A stretch of DNA of 64,000 bases from Tubulanus polymorphus (GCF_964204645.1 NC_134029.1:19152950-19216949); one strand, 5' to 3'. Counted from the first letter of the stretch, positions 13,601 to 25,658 are shown. Notes: generated from the sequence alone by a model not told the origin. Program-made: numbers and translations.

Positions 13601-16600
13601 ACGTATGCTTTGGCCTCGAGATATTCGAATACATTGATGATAACGCCCTTTAGATCATCTGAAATATTAGAATTTTGTAGAAAAATCGATGCATTTCATG
13701 TCTGTGTATATTGCATTTTCACCGCAAGTTTTTTTTTCTCATGATGTTACGTGAAATTTGTCGAGCACGCGTCCCTGTCCCGATGTATCTACAGAGCTGC
13801 CAACTGTTCCTGATTTTCAGTATTTGTTACTATTTTACAACGAGAAATACTGATTTGATTTCTTTGATACGTACAGAAATATAAAAGATGTTACTGACAG
13901 TCTGGTCTTACGGTTGATTACTGAATAATTGGACATTTACTTTCCTATTTCAATGAAAAGTAACTGACAAAAATTAACTTTGTTACCGATAGCACTTGTA
14001 AGAAGTTGGCAACCATGTATGTATGTTTTTTGTACGAGGCTACCCTCTTTTCGACGGTCGTTTAGAAATCGTTTTTTTCTTTCCTTTCAGGCTCGACGAG
14101 CATCGAAAAATACGATCTGCGCACAAATATTTGGACTCAGGTCGCGAATATGAACGGCCGACGATTGCAGTTCGGCGTCGCCGTGTTGGAGGATAAACTC
14201 TACGTGGTCGGCGGTCGCGACGGTCTGAAGACTCTCAATACGGTCGAATCGTACGATCCGAAAAAGAAAAGTTGGACGCTTATGGCGCCGATGTCCACTC
14301 ATCGACACGGCTTAGGTCAGTCTTAAGAGTCCATCGATTTACCGATGTAGGAAAGATTTAAATACAGTCTTAAGTCCTTTGTACTCGAAAGAATGTTGGC
14401 ATTAAGTGAGCACTGGCATTGATAAGAATGGCCTTGTAATGGACTTTGACTGTAAATGAAGAGGGCTGGAATATTCTGCCTGTGAATTTAGAACCATATA
14501 CGTTCTTTTTTGATCTCAGGTTTTTGTTTCTTCTACCAGCTTAAGACTGCTATTAGTAGCGATAACTTCGATTCCGATCCAAAAAGTGTGTCTAGATTAC
14601 GCTTTCAAGGTTGGGAGATAAAATACATCCGTAGCAGGGGAATGTTTTGCACAACTACTCAATAGTTACCCTGGTACCCAGAAATAATTATCTCAAACCT
14701 TCTCTAAAAAATGGTGTCCCCCATATACTTCCGGCTCATATACCACTGACATCAGGAGCCAGTGTGTCTATTACGTCAAGAATCTGAAGTGAATCAGAAA
14801 TTGTGTTAATCTCTGTATTCAGGTGTCGGTGTTTTAGAAGGTCCGATGTATGCAGTTGGTGGCCATGATGGTTGGTCGTATTTGAACACAGTTGAGCGAT
14901 GGGATCCACAAGCCCGCCAGTGGAGTTACGTCGCACCCATGTCCATTCCACGCAGCACTGTAGGTGTTGCAGTATTAGGGAGCAAGTAAGTCCCTTTACA
15001 ACATTGTTCTAAATTTAACATCCCAGGACTTGCACGTAATGGGTTTGCTGCCAGCTATTAGTATACTCACATCTGATTCTTCCTATTTATCCACTAGTGT
15101 TACATATTTACACTCCGGAATGACATACATTGTAGTTCCTGATTGACTGGTGATATGAAAAAACTCTTCATTCACAAAGCTGATTGGTCAATTTTGAACA
15201 AAGGCTGACTATGTAATAGCTCCAGTGCCAACCTACAATTACACTCGTAGTGGCAATTGACTGTGGCACCGTATTATCATGGTCGGTCCAAAAGTGACTG
15301 AAATTTTAAATCTTAAGACTGGTTTTAAGTTGTTAGATAGGCTACAGAACTAAGATGGTATTTGACTCGTTTTGAAGTTTGAATTGAGTGTCGTCTTCTG
15401 ACAAACGATCACCTTCGCAAAATGACCATGTCAGTTTCACAAAACAAAGACAGTTTGATGGTTGTATGCAATGCCTGAGCAGATCAACACACACACACGA
15501 TAACCAATCAGTGACTGCAAGCAGATCACATGACGGAAAACTGCCATTTTGATATCATGTGACACAATTAGATTACATTTGTCTGCTTTTCCCATTGTTA
15601 GCGGCCCTGTAAATTTATTTCGGTATTTTTTAATATTTTTCCATCGCGAGTGGTGGAAGATTGAAACATTGAAAAATCTTGTTTTGAGGATTTTGTGCTG
15701 TACGGCTTAATAATACTTAATGGTTAAAGACATATTTTCTCGTACTTTGTTGTAGATTATACGCTGTAGGTGGTAGAGATGGCAGTTCTTGTTTACGCTC
15801 GGTTGAATGTTACGACCCGCACACAAACAAATGGTCGTTATGTTCGCCAATGAATAAAAGGCGCGGCGGTGTCGGTGTCACCACCTGTAATGGATTCCTG
15901 TACGCAGTCGGTGGCCACGATGCACCGGCTAGCAATCCTACCTCGAGTAGATTTGATTGTGTGGAAAGGTAAATATTAGTTTACATTTCAATTGAAACGT
16001 TACAAGCTATTACATCCATTCCATGTAATGACAATGAAAAAACACTAGCTTTCTCATAATTGGCGTATTATTTAAAAACCTAACTTGATTGAAATTATTA
16101 TGACTGTGTCAGAGTTAGATTTAACTCAGTCCCAGATTCACAATTTAAGGTGATACCTATTGAAGTTAGACGTCCATTTCCATTAAGTCAGGGGCTTAGG
16201 GCTTGAGTCATTATTCTCATCTACAGAACTTGCTTTACTGTTTTTGGAACTTTTTTGAAGTATTGATCATAATTTTTGATTACCGGTATTTTTTGAGTGG
16301 ATTTTTAGGCCATTGCTTTAAACTTCCAGTTGAACTTTTCCATTTCAGGTTCGATCCAAAAACTGATACGTGGACATTAGTGGCGTCGATGACCTCGCCG
16401 AGGGATGCTGTCGGAGTTAGTTTGCTCGGTGATAAACTGTACGCTGTTGGGGGCTATGACGGCCAACAATACTTGAACGATGTTGAATGTTATGATCCGC
16501 AGAGTAATGAATGGACCAAGGTATATTGGGAGCTTGATGCACAGGGCTTTGTTATAATTATCACAAGCATATATCAACTCTAGACTTGGTTACTTGTTGG

Positions 16601-17208
16601 GGTTATCATACTACTCCAAGGAATACTCCAAGGTTACTTTTAGTTACTTCCTAGTTTCCGGCCCAACATTTCGAAATTAAGCTTTAGATGTTTTGATTGC
16701 TCTCCTAAAAGATGTAATCAATATCGACTTTGCTGTTTGTGCATCTTTATGCCGGTTCATGAGTGGTCTCATCTGAGAGTAGCTTGAACTAATTCCAGTT
16801 TTCATAGTTAGTTATCTACAGTGGTCCCAACTTGTAAATGATAGTAGCCTGTAAATAATTGATAAATCACAATGAGCAAAGATCACCCTGACAGCCAGTA
16901 AGATGGCAGCACTAGCCATATTGGGCAAAATCAAGTCATTTTTCTAGATCATTACATAAGCTGAATACTTTATATGTACCTTTTTAAAGCCTGGATAATA
17001 TTTTTACATCCTCATTCATATTTATCTAGGCCATCTAGAATCAGATATTCAGAATATAAAAGGACTTATGCAATAAAATTTTTTAGATATACATAGATAA
17101 TTCCGTCTGTAGGGCTAGTGGTAATTGCTTTTGAAATTTACATTTCAGGTAGCGACACTGTGCACAGGACGAGCAGGTGCATGTGTGGTGCAGCTGCGGA
17201 GCACCTGA
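10692..17208 (+). CDS. KLHL5: Kelch-like protein of the KLHL1/4/5 group (end of BTB, BACK, kelch repeats); 5' exons not found in this window
   Basis: Exons 10692-10888, 12017-12229, 13264-13453, 14091-14315, 14823-14985, 15756-15968, 16349-16520 and 17149-17208 all have AG/GT boundaries and consistent phase. Motifs: [81 protein letters not shown]. Ends [18 protein letters not shown]. Confidence 0.93.
12640..12860. repeat. Second copy of the hammerhead-core foldback element
   Basis: CTGAAGA-TGATTATTAGGTTATCGTC-GAAAC at 12765-12795 (+) and its inverted mate at 12706-12736 (-). Confidence 0.65.
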
Positions 17209-17355
17209 CAGATAGGGGAGCAAGGGGCGGGTGGCTGGCGACGGTCAGCCACGGCAAGCCCCTTGCCCGGACCCATGCCTTGCCCGACCGTTCAGAACTT
17301 GAAGAAATCCACTTCGCAACCAGCTGACGTTTCGTCATGCTACTCGACTTTGTGA
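17206..17355 (+). promoter_or_regulatory. Candidate stop-codon readthrough signal (UGA-C plus 3' stem-loop) with an in-frame 48-codon extension
   Basis: TGA CAG context. GCAAGGGGC (17220-17228) pairs with GCCCCTTGC (17258-17266), and GTGGCTGGC (17231-17239) pairs with GTCAGCCAC (17244-17252). The frame stays open to TGA 17353-17355. Confidence 0.6.
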
Positions 17356-18761
17356 CAACCAGAGGGCTCTGTTTGATTCGGACGGACACTGGCAAACAGA
17401 GCTCGCATCCATAAACGCTAGTCACTCGACAACTTCGATCGATTATCGTTGAAATTAAGAACTGCTGATCATGGTTATTTCTGCCGGTGTTTTTACTGTA
17501 AATCGATCAGACGATAAATGTGGCATTCCAGTTAGAAACCGGCTAATAGGAATACGCCTACCGGCAACTAGGGACGGTTTTGAAAATGACCCGCCAGAAG
17601 AGCGTATTTTAATCGAATCCGAACGCTTTAAATAAACGGATTTATATCAGGCTTTGCTGAAAAGAAACTTCTATCGGAGAAGCTATGTTTTTTTTTTCGC
17701 ACAAAGCTACTCAAAAAGACATCTTAAGCTGCTGCTTACATCAGCATGGGCTTCATTTTAATAAAAGATTTTCTAAGGATATTCTACGAAATGCTCAAGA
17801 TCCTTCCCACTGCTTCTGTAAAAGGATGGATCTTTTCAAGGAATTTCAGGGTACTTAAAACAGCATCGGGGAATCAATAAACCGCCAGAAGAACCTTATA
17901 CCCCGGAAGTTTTACCAGGTCAAGGGATTTGCGAGTCCAACTGGTCATAATCTGTCCTTATAGGACATGATGGCTTAATAAAAAGTTGAAATTAGATGAT
18001 GGTAAATCCTGCACTTTTAGGCCGTCTTATGTTCTTCCACCAGGTAAAATATCCTACCATAGATGAAAATGTTGTATTCCTGAGTCATCATCATACTTTA
18101 ATGCATTCGCTGCCAAGTGCGAGTCTGCCGTAAGTGCCACTACGAGGCAGGGATTCGAACCTGATGGCATTCTCTAGACTCGGCCACAGTATACCGCAAC
18201 TGTCTTGAGGATTCTCGTAGCCGATTCTTCCTATTTACAGTTAGATATTTGCGCTCCGGCACATGAGAATGACATAGTACGTGATAGACTGGCAATGTGA
18301 ATAAACTCTGCTAATCAGTCAACTTTGCAATGCTCATCAGTGAACTTCAAGCAAAGGCTGACTACGTAATAGCAACAGTGCCAACCTGAGTAGTTGGGGG
18401 CTGCACCGTATTATTGGTAGCGAATGTGTTGAATCCAGCCAATACTGAAATCATAACAAATGAAATCTAGAACTCACAAACGCACCGAAGAACATTTTTG
18501 AGTAACATTAACACAATTTTATTTTTCCTTCTACATAAATAAACAAACTTATCCCTCCTTCGAATGATAACCAAGATCTTTTCTAGCAGTTCAATGATGG
18601 AAGAAAAACAACACAGATGATACAGTACACCTCGCCTTGCTGGCACTGCCAAATTGGTCTGAGGTAAGCAAAGCCCGTGATCCGGATAGGAAAATACGTT
18701 AGGAAGTCAGAAAAATTTAGATTTTGTTTTTGTCCGAGTTGGTCACGTCCGAGTAAGGCAT

Positions 18762-18921
18762 GGGATCATCATTTATTACGTACGCATAAAATTTGAATTT
18801 TTCAACCCCCTCCTCTGTACGCAAAATCGGCCATTTTTTCATATACATTAAGCATTACAGTACGCAATTGCACTGACCCCTCCCCTCTCCCCTAATGCGT
18901 ACGTAATAAATGAATGACCCC
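18762..18921. mobile_element. MITE with ~25-bp TIRs
   Basis: GGGATCATCATTTATTACGTACGCA ... TGCGTACGTAATAAATGAATGACCCC. A related fragment lies near 61340-61460. Confidence 0.7.
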
Positions 18922-21900
18922 ATGGTTTACTGTATCATTTTTTTACAGCAGGTTCGCAGAGAACAGTTAGAAAAAAAAAGCCATTTCAGTAATGATGGTA
19001 TAATGTGAAATGCTCAAATGTTCGTCTAAACATATGAACATGTTTCTATACTTAAGAAAAACAGAAATATCATTTCGTAGATTAAGTAAAATAAGGTCTC
19101 GAGAGAAATAAGAGACCTGTTATATTTCCTTCACCACCAACAAAAATACCCGGGAACAATTTAACGGAACCACTCTTTTCTATGATATTGAATAACTTCC
19201 AGTTGTGGTAACCGTAAATGCTTATAATGGAAATAAAAAAACAAATTGTTGGTTTGGGAGATCATTCTTTAATAAGTAAAACTGAGAGTGTAAACGAGGG
19301 TAAACATTTTCAATTTCAGACAACTGCTTATAGATTCTATAAACGTGGGCCGTATATCTAAACTCTAGTTTACATGTATGTCCATGCTATAACTATAAGG
19401 TAAACGAAGTAAATGTGATGCGCAAATCAGACACTTCGTCAAACAATGATTATCGTCATTGATTCACTGCTACATAACTTAAAGTAAACCTTTACTTAGT
19501 ACATATATATTTACTTTACGCGCGTGTTTGATAAAGCTTTACATGAAATACACACAGATTTTCAATTCCCATCGAATTCCGATATAATGAAATTTATATA
19601 GTACAATCGATATTAGTGGAATTATCTCATTCGTTCGAAGCTCCTCTATACTCATCCATCTGTTCGAAATACATACAACGAAATTCTATATCCACTGTTT
19701 TTGTACCTAATTATCGACCCGTTCATGTGTATGTACAGGGTAGACTCGGACTTACTTTAAATTCTACAGGAGTTAATTAATGCAGTTTACATTCAGGGGA
19801 ACTTGCAATTCGACCCTATTGAACCTGTAACATCATGTCATCGAAATAATTTAATTCCCAATTTGTCACGAGGTTACACAGGGATGTCTTTTGAAAATCT
19901 CTTACATGTGTTACTAACTTCATAGTTACTAAGTAGGGCCGAATCTACTCTACACATATTCACACACTTCAATTTTGTAACATGGCTCTCGGTATCACAA
20001 AAAAATATTGGGCATAAAATTTTCTACTTTCGATGCCTAGACTAACAAAAAAAAATAGATATCAGAACTTTTTTTTTGTGAAACTGGGCTCCGAAATACC
20101 AGCATCCGTCATAAAACTTTTAAGTAACCCTTCTAGAAGCTTCATAAGTCAGTCCTTTTCCCGATGATCTCTTTTACAAATGTTACATGCATAAAAGTCT
20201 GAATGATTATCACAAAATAATGATAACGATATTAATAATAATGTATATTTTTATACAAAGATAAAATTCGATGATATTGTTATTATAATACAGCGTCTGT
20301 CCTCTGACTACTGTTCTTTTTTGCGCTCTATTCGTGTGTACAAGTAAATTGACTAAAGCATTTATTATTTAAGCATATATTCTAACATAACGAATACTGT
20401 ATATAGATTTATCATACGCCTTTAAAAGGTTATTTTGTGGTGAGGTTTAGAGGAAAATTATCATATGTCGATATGATGTTTGATACTTGTAACAGATGTT
20501 CTATAATGACTTGATAATGAGAGACGACAGGTGTTTCGTGTAGTGTGGTTTTATATGAAACAGATGAACCAGCTTTCAAGTCAATCCTAAAAAAAACCAC
20601 CATTTTCTCTTTTTGTCATAAGACCGGATTCAGTTTCACAAAAAGTTTTAACCCTTTAATTGATTCAAGAGTTAATCTTTTTTGTGAAACAGGGCCCAGG
20701 GCCGGCAGAAGCAATTTGGGGGTCTAGGGCCCTCCTCCAGAAAATGTTTTAAAATCAGATGCATTTCCCGGCATCTGAACCACACAATTCCGCTGATCTT
20801 GAGTGAGAATTATTATTTGAGGGGAAAGTAAAAATTACCAATTTTGGTCGACTGATTTGGGTAATTATTGGTTTCGACCACCATCATCAAGTCGGAACTA
20901 TTCTGCCGGCCTTGTAAGATATAGAACTTATGAATTATTCTTAACGCGAAAATCTCAAGGGGATGTAACAACTAACAAGACCGAGGTTACTGTATATTTC
21001 GAATAGAAAGCTTGTTTTCGTAACAAAATTATATTTCTATCTTTTGCTTTGAATTACAGCTTTTTCATTCGTACTCAAATTAACGGTATATTCCATTTAA
21101 AATACCAGATGTATGAATTCAAATTCGATGTTTTAGAAACTTATTGATATAACGATTGAATCTCTTTTCATCTATGAGTTCATATAAACTCTCGGATGTG
21201 TTAATTTCATGACAACATACTAAATGGTGGGTTTTTGTGGCTAGGGGAGACTGGTGCTATTGATACAACCCCTAATACCTCCAGCCAGCTTGGATAATTG
21301 AGTTATACGGCTGAAAAAATAACTGTTGATCATTCATGTTGTTTCATTCGAAAAAGTGGTGAAAAACAGTTTTTTTTCCCGTTTAAAATCTGGAAAGTTT
21401 TCTCTAATTTCGCTGACCCAGGACGCACTTACAGAAACATCACACTCAGTCTCTATCATGGAGTGTGGATTAGTTTCACAATCAGCTGAAGGTGGTTTTA
21501 TAGACTGGAACTATCTTTGTCCTGGGGTTAACTCAATTCAATTTCAATTGAGGAAGGCCCTGGGTTTAAGTTAATACCAGTCTGTAAAACAAACCCTGTT
21601 AGTTAGTTAGTTAGTAACTTGCGTGTCCAGTGATTTTATGAAAACGAAATGTAGTCAGCATTTTCCAATATTCGAAAGCAATTTTTCAGCAGGCTTGAAA
21701 ATAGATAAATAAATCTTAAGGGAACAATAATACATGTTAACGTAGCTTTTAGACATGAGATGTTCGATTTTTTAATTATCGTATAAGCACTAATGTACGT
21801 AATGAGCACTAATGTACGTAATGAGTTTGTGTAATATGATATATTGCATTGTATTTGGCAGGCATAATAGCTTAAATAATGTAATAAATATTTGAACAAA

Positions 21901-22881
21901 GAAACACGCATTATCTTGAGACTCATTTTCTTTCAAATCTCGGTGGACTCTTTTTTTTAACAGAGGTTTCAAGGTCGCTACAGGTCTGAATATGAGGAAT
22001 TTTAAAGGAGAAAATTTCATATTTCAAGGAAGCGTCTGCATCATTTTCGTATTCTAATTATTGTAGACTCCTAAATCGGTACCGTTTATCTCGGTAAACC
22101 ATTAATTCCAGGTTCTCACTGTATTGATTTAGGGGTAGTCTACTATACAACTACAAACTAGACAAAAATATCTAATTTCCTATTTCTAAATTGAAGGAGT
22201 TTGAAAACAAGTTTTTGAAATTTTGTTCAAATCGAAGTAGTTTCATGCACGTTTAGAAGGATTTTCCATTTTGAAGGAGTTTTTCAGGAATCAAGGAGTC
22301 GTAGGGACCCTGAGCATAAACATACACTCTGCTTTGAGCTGATATCATATTAACACATGCAATTAGGCTATACTTCTTACATAACCCCAATATGGCAGTA
22401 TTTTTAACAAGGGGAGATTTCTAACAACCTTTCATAAACTAGGCCTATGTACATGAACAGAAAATTTTCATCACCCCGATATATACACAATTTATCTCAA
22501 GCCTTATCTACAAAGGGAGAATTCGCTTTTTTGTCCCCAAAGAATGGTCCATTAGCTGAACAAAACATAGGCAAGCGATAAATTAGGTAAAGTTCAGTAA
22601 AACCACCAAACGATAAACACAGAAGACGACACTCGAGTCGGGTATGGGATATAATCATTCAACTCGCATATTTCTGTCTAGTATGACGTAACACGAACTT
22701 ACTGAAAGGTCCATCACGTTCCTGAAACATGCCATTAAATAAGTGGAGGAGACAACTGTCAGACCACGGTGTCATAACGCAATCAACAAAGCCATTTTCA
22801 TACAAACGATCACAAATGGCACCATAAATGCACATAATACGAAAATAATTTCAGTAATAAAGCAAAAACAGGGTTCTTCTT

Positions 22882-24567
22882 TTAGTCAATAATGGTCTCT
22901 GCCGAATTCGTAATATGGGTTAAACTCTCGTACGCCTGGTCTTCTTCGTCTTTATCCTCGTCGGTGATGCAGAAAGTCACGTTCTTTGCGCCGGTTACGC
23001 TGTCATTCGAGCCGGACACTGAACTTTCGACGTCGTCGACGTCCGGCCGAGATTTCGCCAGCTCGTCGAGCAGCGCCAGGTCTTTCTTGCAGTAATAATC
23101 GGTGAACGCGGCGCAGAAACAATGGCTGACGATGTTACCGGTCGTGCGTACGCGATCAAGGAACCACTCGACCGTGAACAGGATCGCGATGTCGCGCGTC
23201 GGAATACCGATCGACGACAGGATGATGACTAAAGTTACGATGCTCGAGCTCGGGACGGACGGCAACGCGAGCGTCGACACGGCCGTCAAAATACCGATCA
23301 CGCAAATCTGCCCGGGATCGAGATTGATGCTGCTCATCTGTGCGATGAACATCGCCGCCGCCGATATAAAGATGGCGCTGCCGTCGGCGTTTAACGTAAC
23401 GCAGAACGGTATTACGAAACGCGATACACGCTTGTCGATTTTCTTGCTGTCGCAGCTGCGGTACATGTCGGGTATCGCAACGGCCGTGCTCGTCGCGGCG
23501 AAACCGGTCAGCCACGGTCGCAACAACTTCGCGTAGAACGAGTACGGATTCTCGCGCGTCAACACGAAATGAATCAACTGCAGCAGGACAACTTGATGCA
23601 ACAGCAAACCGACCGTCACCGTCAAAATAAACATCCCGAGCTGCGAGAACGTCTTTTCGAGGTCGGTAATTGACGCCAACGCCGCGGCGATCAGACTCGC
23701 GACGCCGATCGGCGTGTACCACAGAAACCAACGCATGATCTTGATGACGATGTCGGCGGTCGATTGGAAAAACATCAAGAACGGTTTGCCCTTTTCGCCG
23801 GCGGCTCGTGTCGCCATTCCGAATACGAGACACGCGAAAATGATGCCGATCAAATTTGTACCTCGCGCCGCACCGATCGTTTTGTGCAGCACTTCTTTCG
23901 TCGTGTTCGCGTAACCGTCAGATGTGTTTAAGATAACGACGGCCTTCTCTTTGACGTAGATCGTCTGCGTTTTTTCGATGCACGCGCCGACCACGTTGTC
24001 GGGAACGATATTGCGAACGAGATCGGCAAAAATATCCTGAGTTTGAAGAATGTCGCGCGTTTTATCGCCGCCACCGGCCGCGATCTCCGTAACGCCGACG
24101 CCCGGTTTGATCGCCAACGCGAACACTATCCCGACCAGACAAGCGAGGACGTTCGTCGCGATTATGTAGATCACTGACAGCAGGCTGATTTTGCCGTTCG
24201 ACCGCGCGTCTAAACTCGCCGTGCCGGATATCACGCACGACACGATCAACGGCAAAATCATCATTTTCAACAATCGCAAGAACAGATCGCCCGGCAAACC
24301 GAGCCAGATCAAGGTATCCTTGGAAGGCTCGTATTTACGCGTGACGAGTCCGGCGGCGAATCCTACTACGATTCCCGCGGCTGTCAATACGAGCAACAAA
24401 TTCGTCCGTAAGAATTTCGCGATTCGTCGTCGCAGCGGAAGTTTCTCGACGCGGATGTCTTTGCTGCGCACAACGGAAGCAACCGAGTCGCCGTCCGTAC
24501 TGTTTCTGACGTGTTTCAGCAACATAGCGATGGTGGCTGTACTAGCGTCCCGCTCCATTTTTTTCAT
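22882..24567 (-). CDS. SLC1A / excitatory amino acid transporter family protein, single coding exon, divergent
   Basis: 561-aa ORF with PGDLFLRLLKMMILPLIVS, WYTPIGVASLIA, AMFIAQ and WFLDRVRT motifs and multiple hydrophobic helices. A splice-acceptor-like tract lies ~60 nt upstream of the ATG (~24625). Confidence 0.95.
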   Translation of the reverse strand: MKKMERDASTATIAMLLKHVRNSTDGDSVASVVRSKDIRVEKLPLRRRIAKFLRTNLLLVLTAAGIVVGFAAGLVTRKYEPSKDTLIWLGLPGDLFLRLLKMMILPLIVSCVISGTASLDARSNGKISLLSVIYIIATNVLACLVGIVFALAIKPGVGVTEIAAGGGDKTRDILQTQDIFADLVRNIVPDNVVGACIEKTQTIYVKEKAVVILNTSDGYANTTKEVLHKTIGAARGTNLIGIIFACLVFGMATRAAGEKGKPFLMFFQSTADIVIKIMRWFLWYTPIGVASLIAAALASITDLEKTFSQLGMFILTVTVGLLLHQVVLLQLIHFVLTRENPYSFYAKLLRPWLTGFAATSTAVAIPDMYRSCDSKKIDKRVSRFVIPFCVTLNADGSAIFISAAAMFIAQMSSINLDPGQICVIGILTAVSTLALPSVPSSSIVTLVIILSSIGIPTRDIAILFTVEWFLDRVRTTGNIVSHCFCAAFTDYYCKKDLALLDELAKSRPDVDDVESSVSGSNDSVTGAKNVTFCITDEDKDEEDQAYESLTHITNSAETIID

Positions 24568-25385
24568 CCGACAGTCCGATGTAGATGTTGATCAATTCAG
24601 TCACGTCCTTTCACTCGCAGACCCTTAAATCAAAACAAGAAATCAAAAAGGTATGGTAAAGCCACAAGGCATAAGAACAAGAAGGTACACTTTTTGCAGG
24701 AATAAAAATTTTTGCCTGGGGGGGACCATGTCGAAAATGCGATAGCGCCCACTTATTGATCCCAAATCTGTGTAAGTATACCTCTACTTTAAAATATTCA
24801 ATTCTTACTGTTTTTGGCCCTGTTTTTACTGTATGTTGCCTTCTCGAATAACTAGGTTTGTCATAAAAGTCCACAGCTTTCACTGACACTTTGAGGATTG
24901 TCGTTGAAGCTGGCGATCGATCATGCAGGCCTGAAAATTCTCTACTCAAAATTCGCCGGCTCCTCGATCCAGATCCACTCCTTGGTATTGCCCACCAGTG
25001 TTGTGACAAGCTTCGCTATTCAATGCGAATCTTATACTGAAAGTCTTCTTACAAGAGACCTGTCACACGACTGGTCACAGGACGATGGAACCGTGTAGAA
25101 CTTTGACAGTTCTCGCTCGAAACACGGGCTGATGCAACAGCACATCGACCACGACCAAGATAGTGTCAGCGCCGCTAGTGTGGTGGCAGCACCAGCCGGG
25201 ATGACATTACGCAATGTCACCAGACCGTGTCATCGTTTAATCTTCATTAAACGGTTTCACTTTTCTCTATATGACGTATAGGCGTATATTTGATCAGTTG
25301 GAATTGCTAAACGTTTTTACATTGAATAAAGTTTTTAATTGAAAGCATGTGTAAGATCGGGTTTGCAAAATAGCATAGGGGCTCG

Positions 25386-25506
25386 TAGTTAGTTACCTAA
25401 TCGTTGGTGGTAAGCTTTTTATAATCGGATGGGCTTATACCAACGATATATGTGGTTTGTGAAAATATCCGATCGTGAAACTAAACCACAGACAGGTTAC
25501 TGACTA
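25386..25506. mobile_element. Small MITE with a 9-bp TSD (AGGGGCTCG); other copies at 38325-38828 and ~56900-57000
   Basis: TAGTTAGTTACC...GGTTACTGACTA, flanked by AGGGGCTCG at 25377-25385 and 25507-25515. Confidence 0.7.
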
Positions 25507-25658
25507 AGGGGCTCGTATCAGAGTTGTAGGTAATGTAAAAACGATAATCTGTTAATCCAATGTATATAGTATATATAAAATAACATATATATATACTATA
25601 TACATTGGATTAACAGATTATCGTTTTTACATTACCTACAACTCTGATACGAGCCCCT
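25507..25658. repeat. Perfect inverted repeat, 71-bp arms, 10-nt spacer
   Basis: 25507-25577 is the reverse complement of 25588-25658. Confidence 0.9.

Noticed and set aside
17118-17327. 69-aa ORF over the last kelch exon as an alternative C-terminus
   Set aside because: Out of phase with the phase-0 junction 16520/17149; the true frame completes the kelch repeat (GRAGACVV).
17960-18005. SECIS-like ATGA..AA..GA in the kelch 3' UTR (would make the UGA a selenocysteine codon)
   Set aside because: Helix pairing is poor, and the UGA falls at the normal kelch C-terminus rather than at a conserved Cys. A SECIS search of 17.2-21 kb would settle it.
22892-24628. Antisense and alternate-frame ORFs over SLC1A (and likewise over TMEM53-like, PHAX and pol)
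   Set aside because: Shadow ORFs of GC-rich coding sequence with no recognisable motifs.
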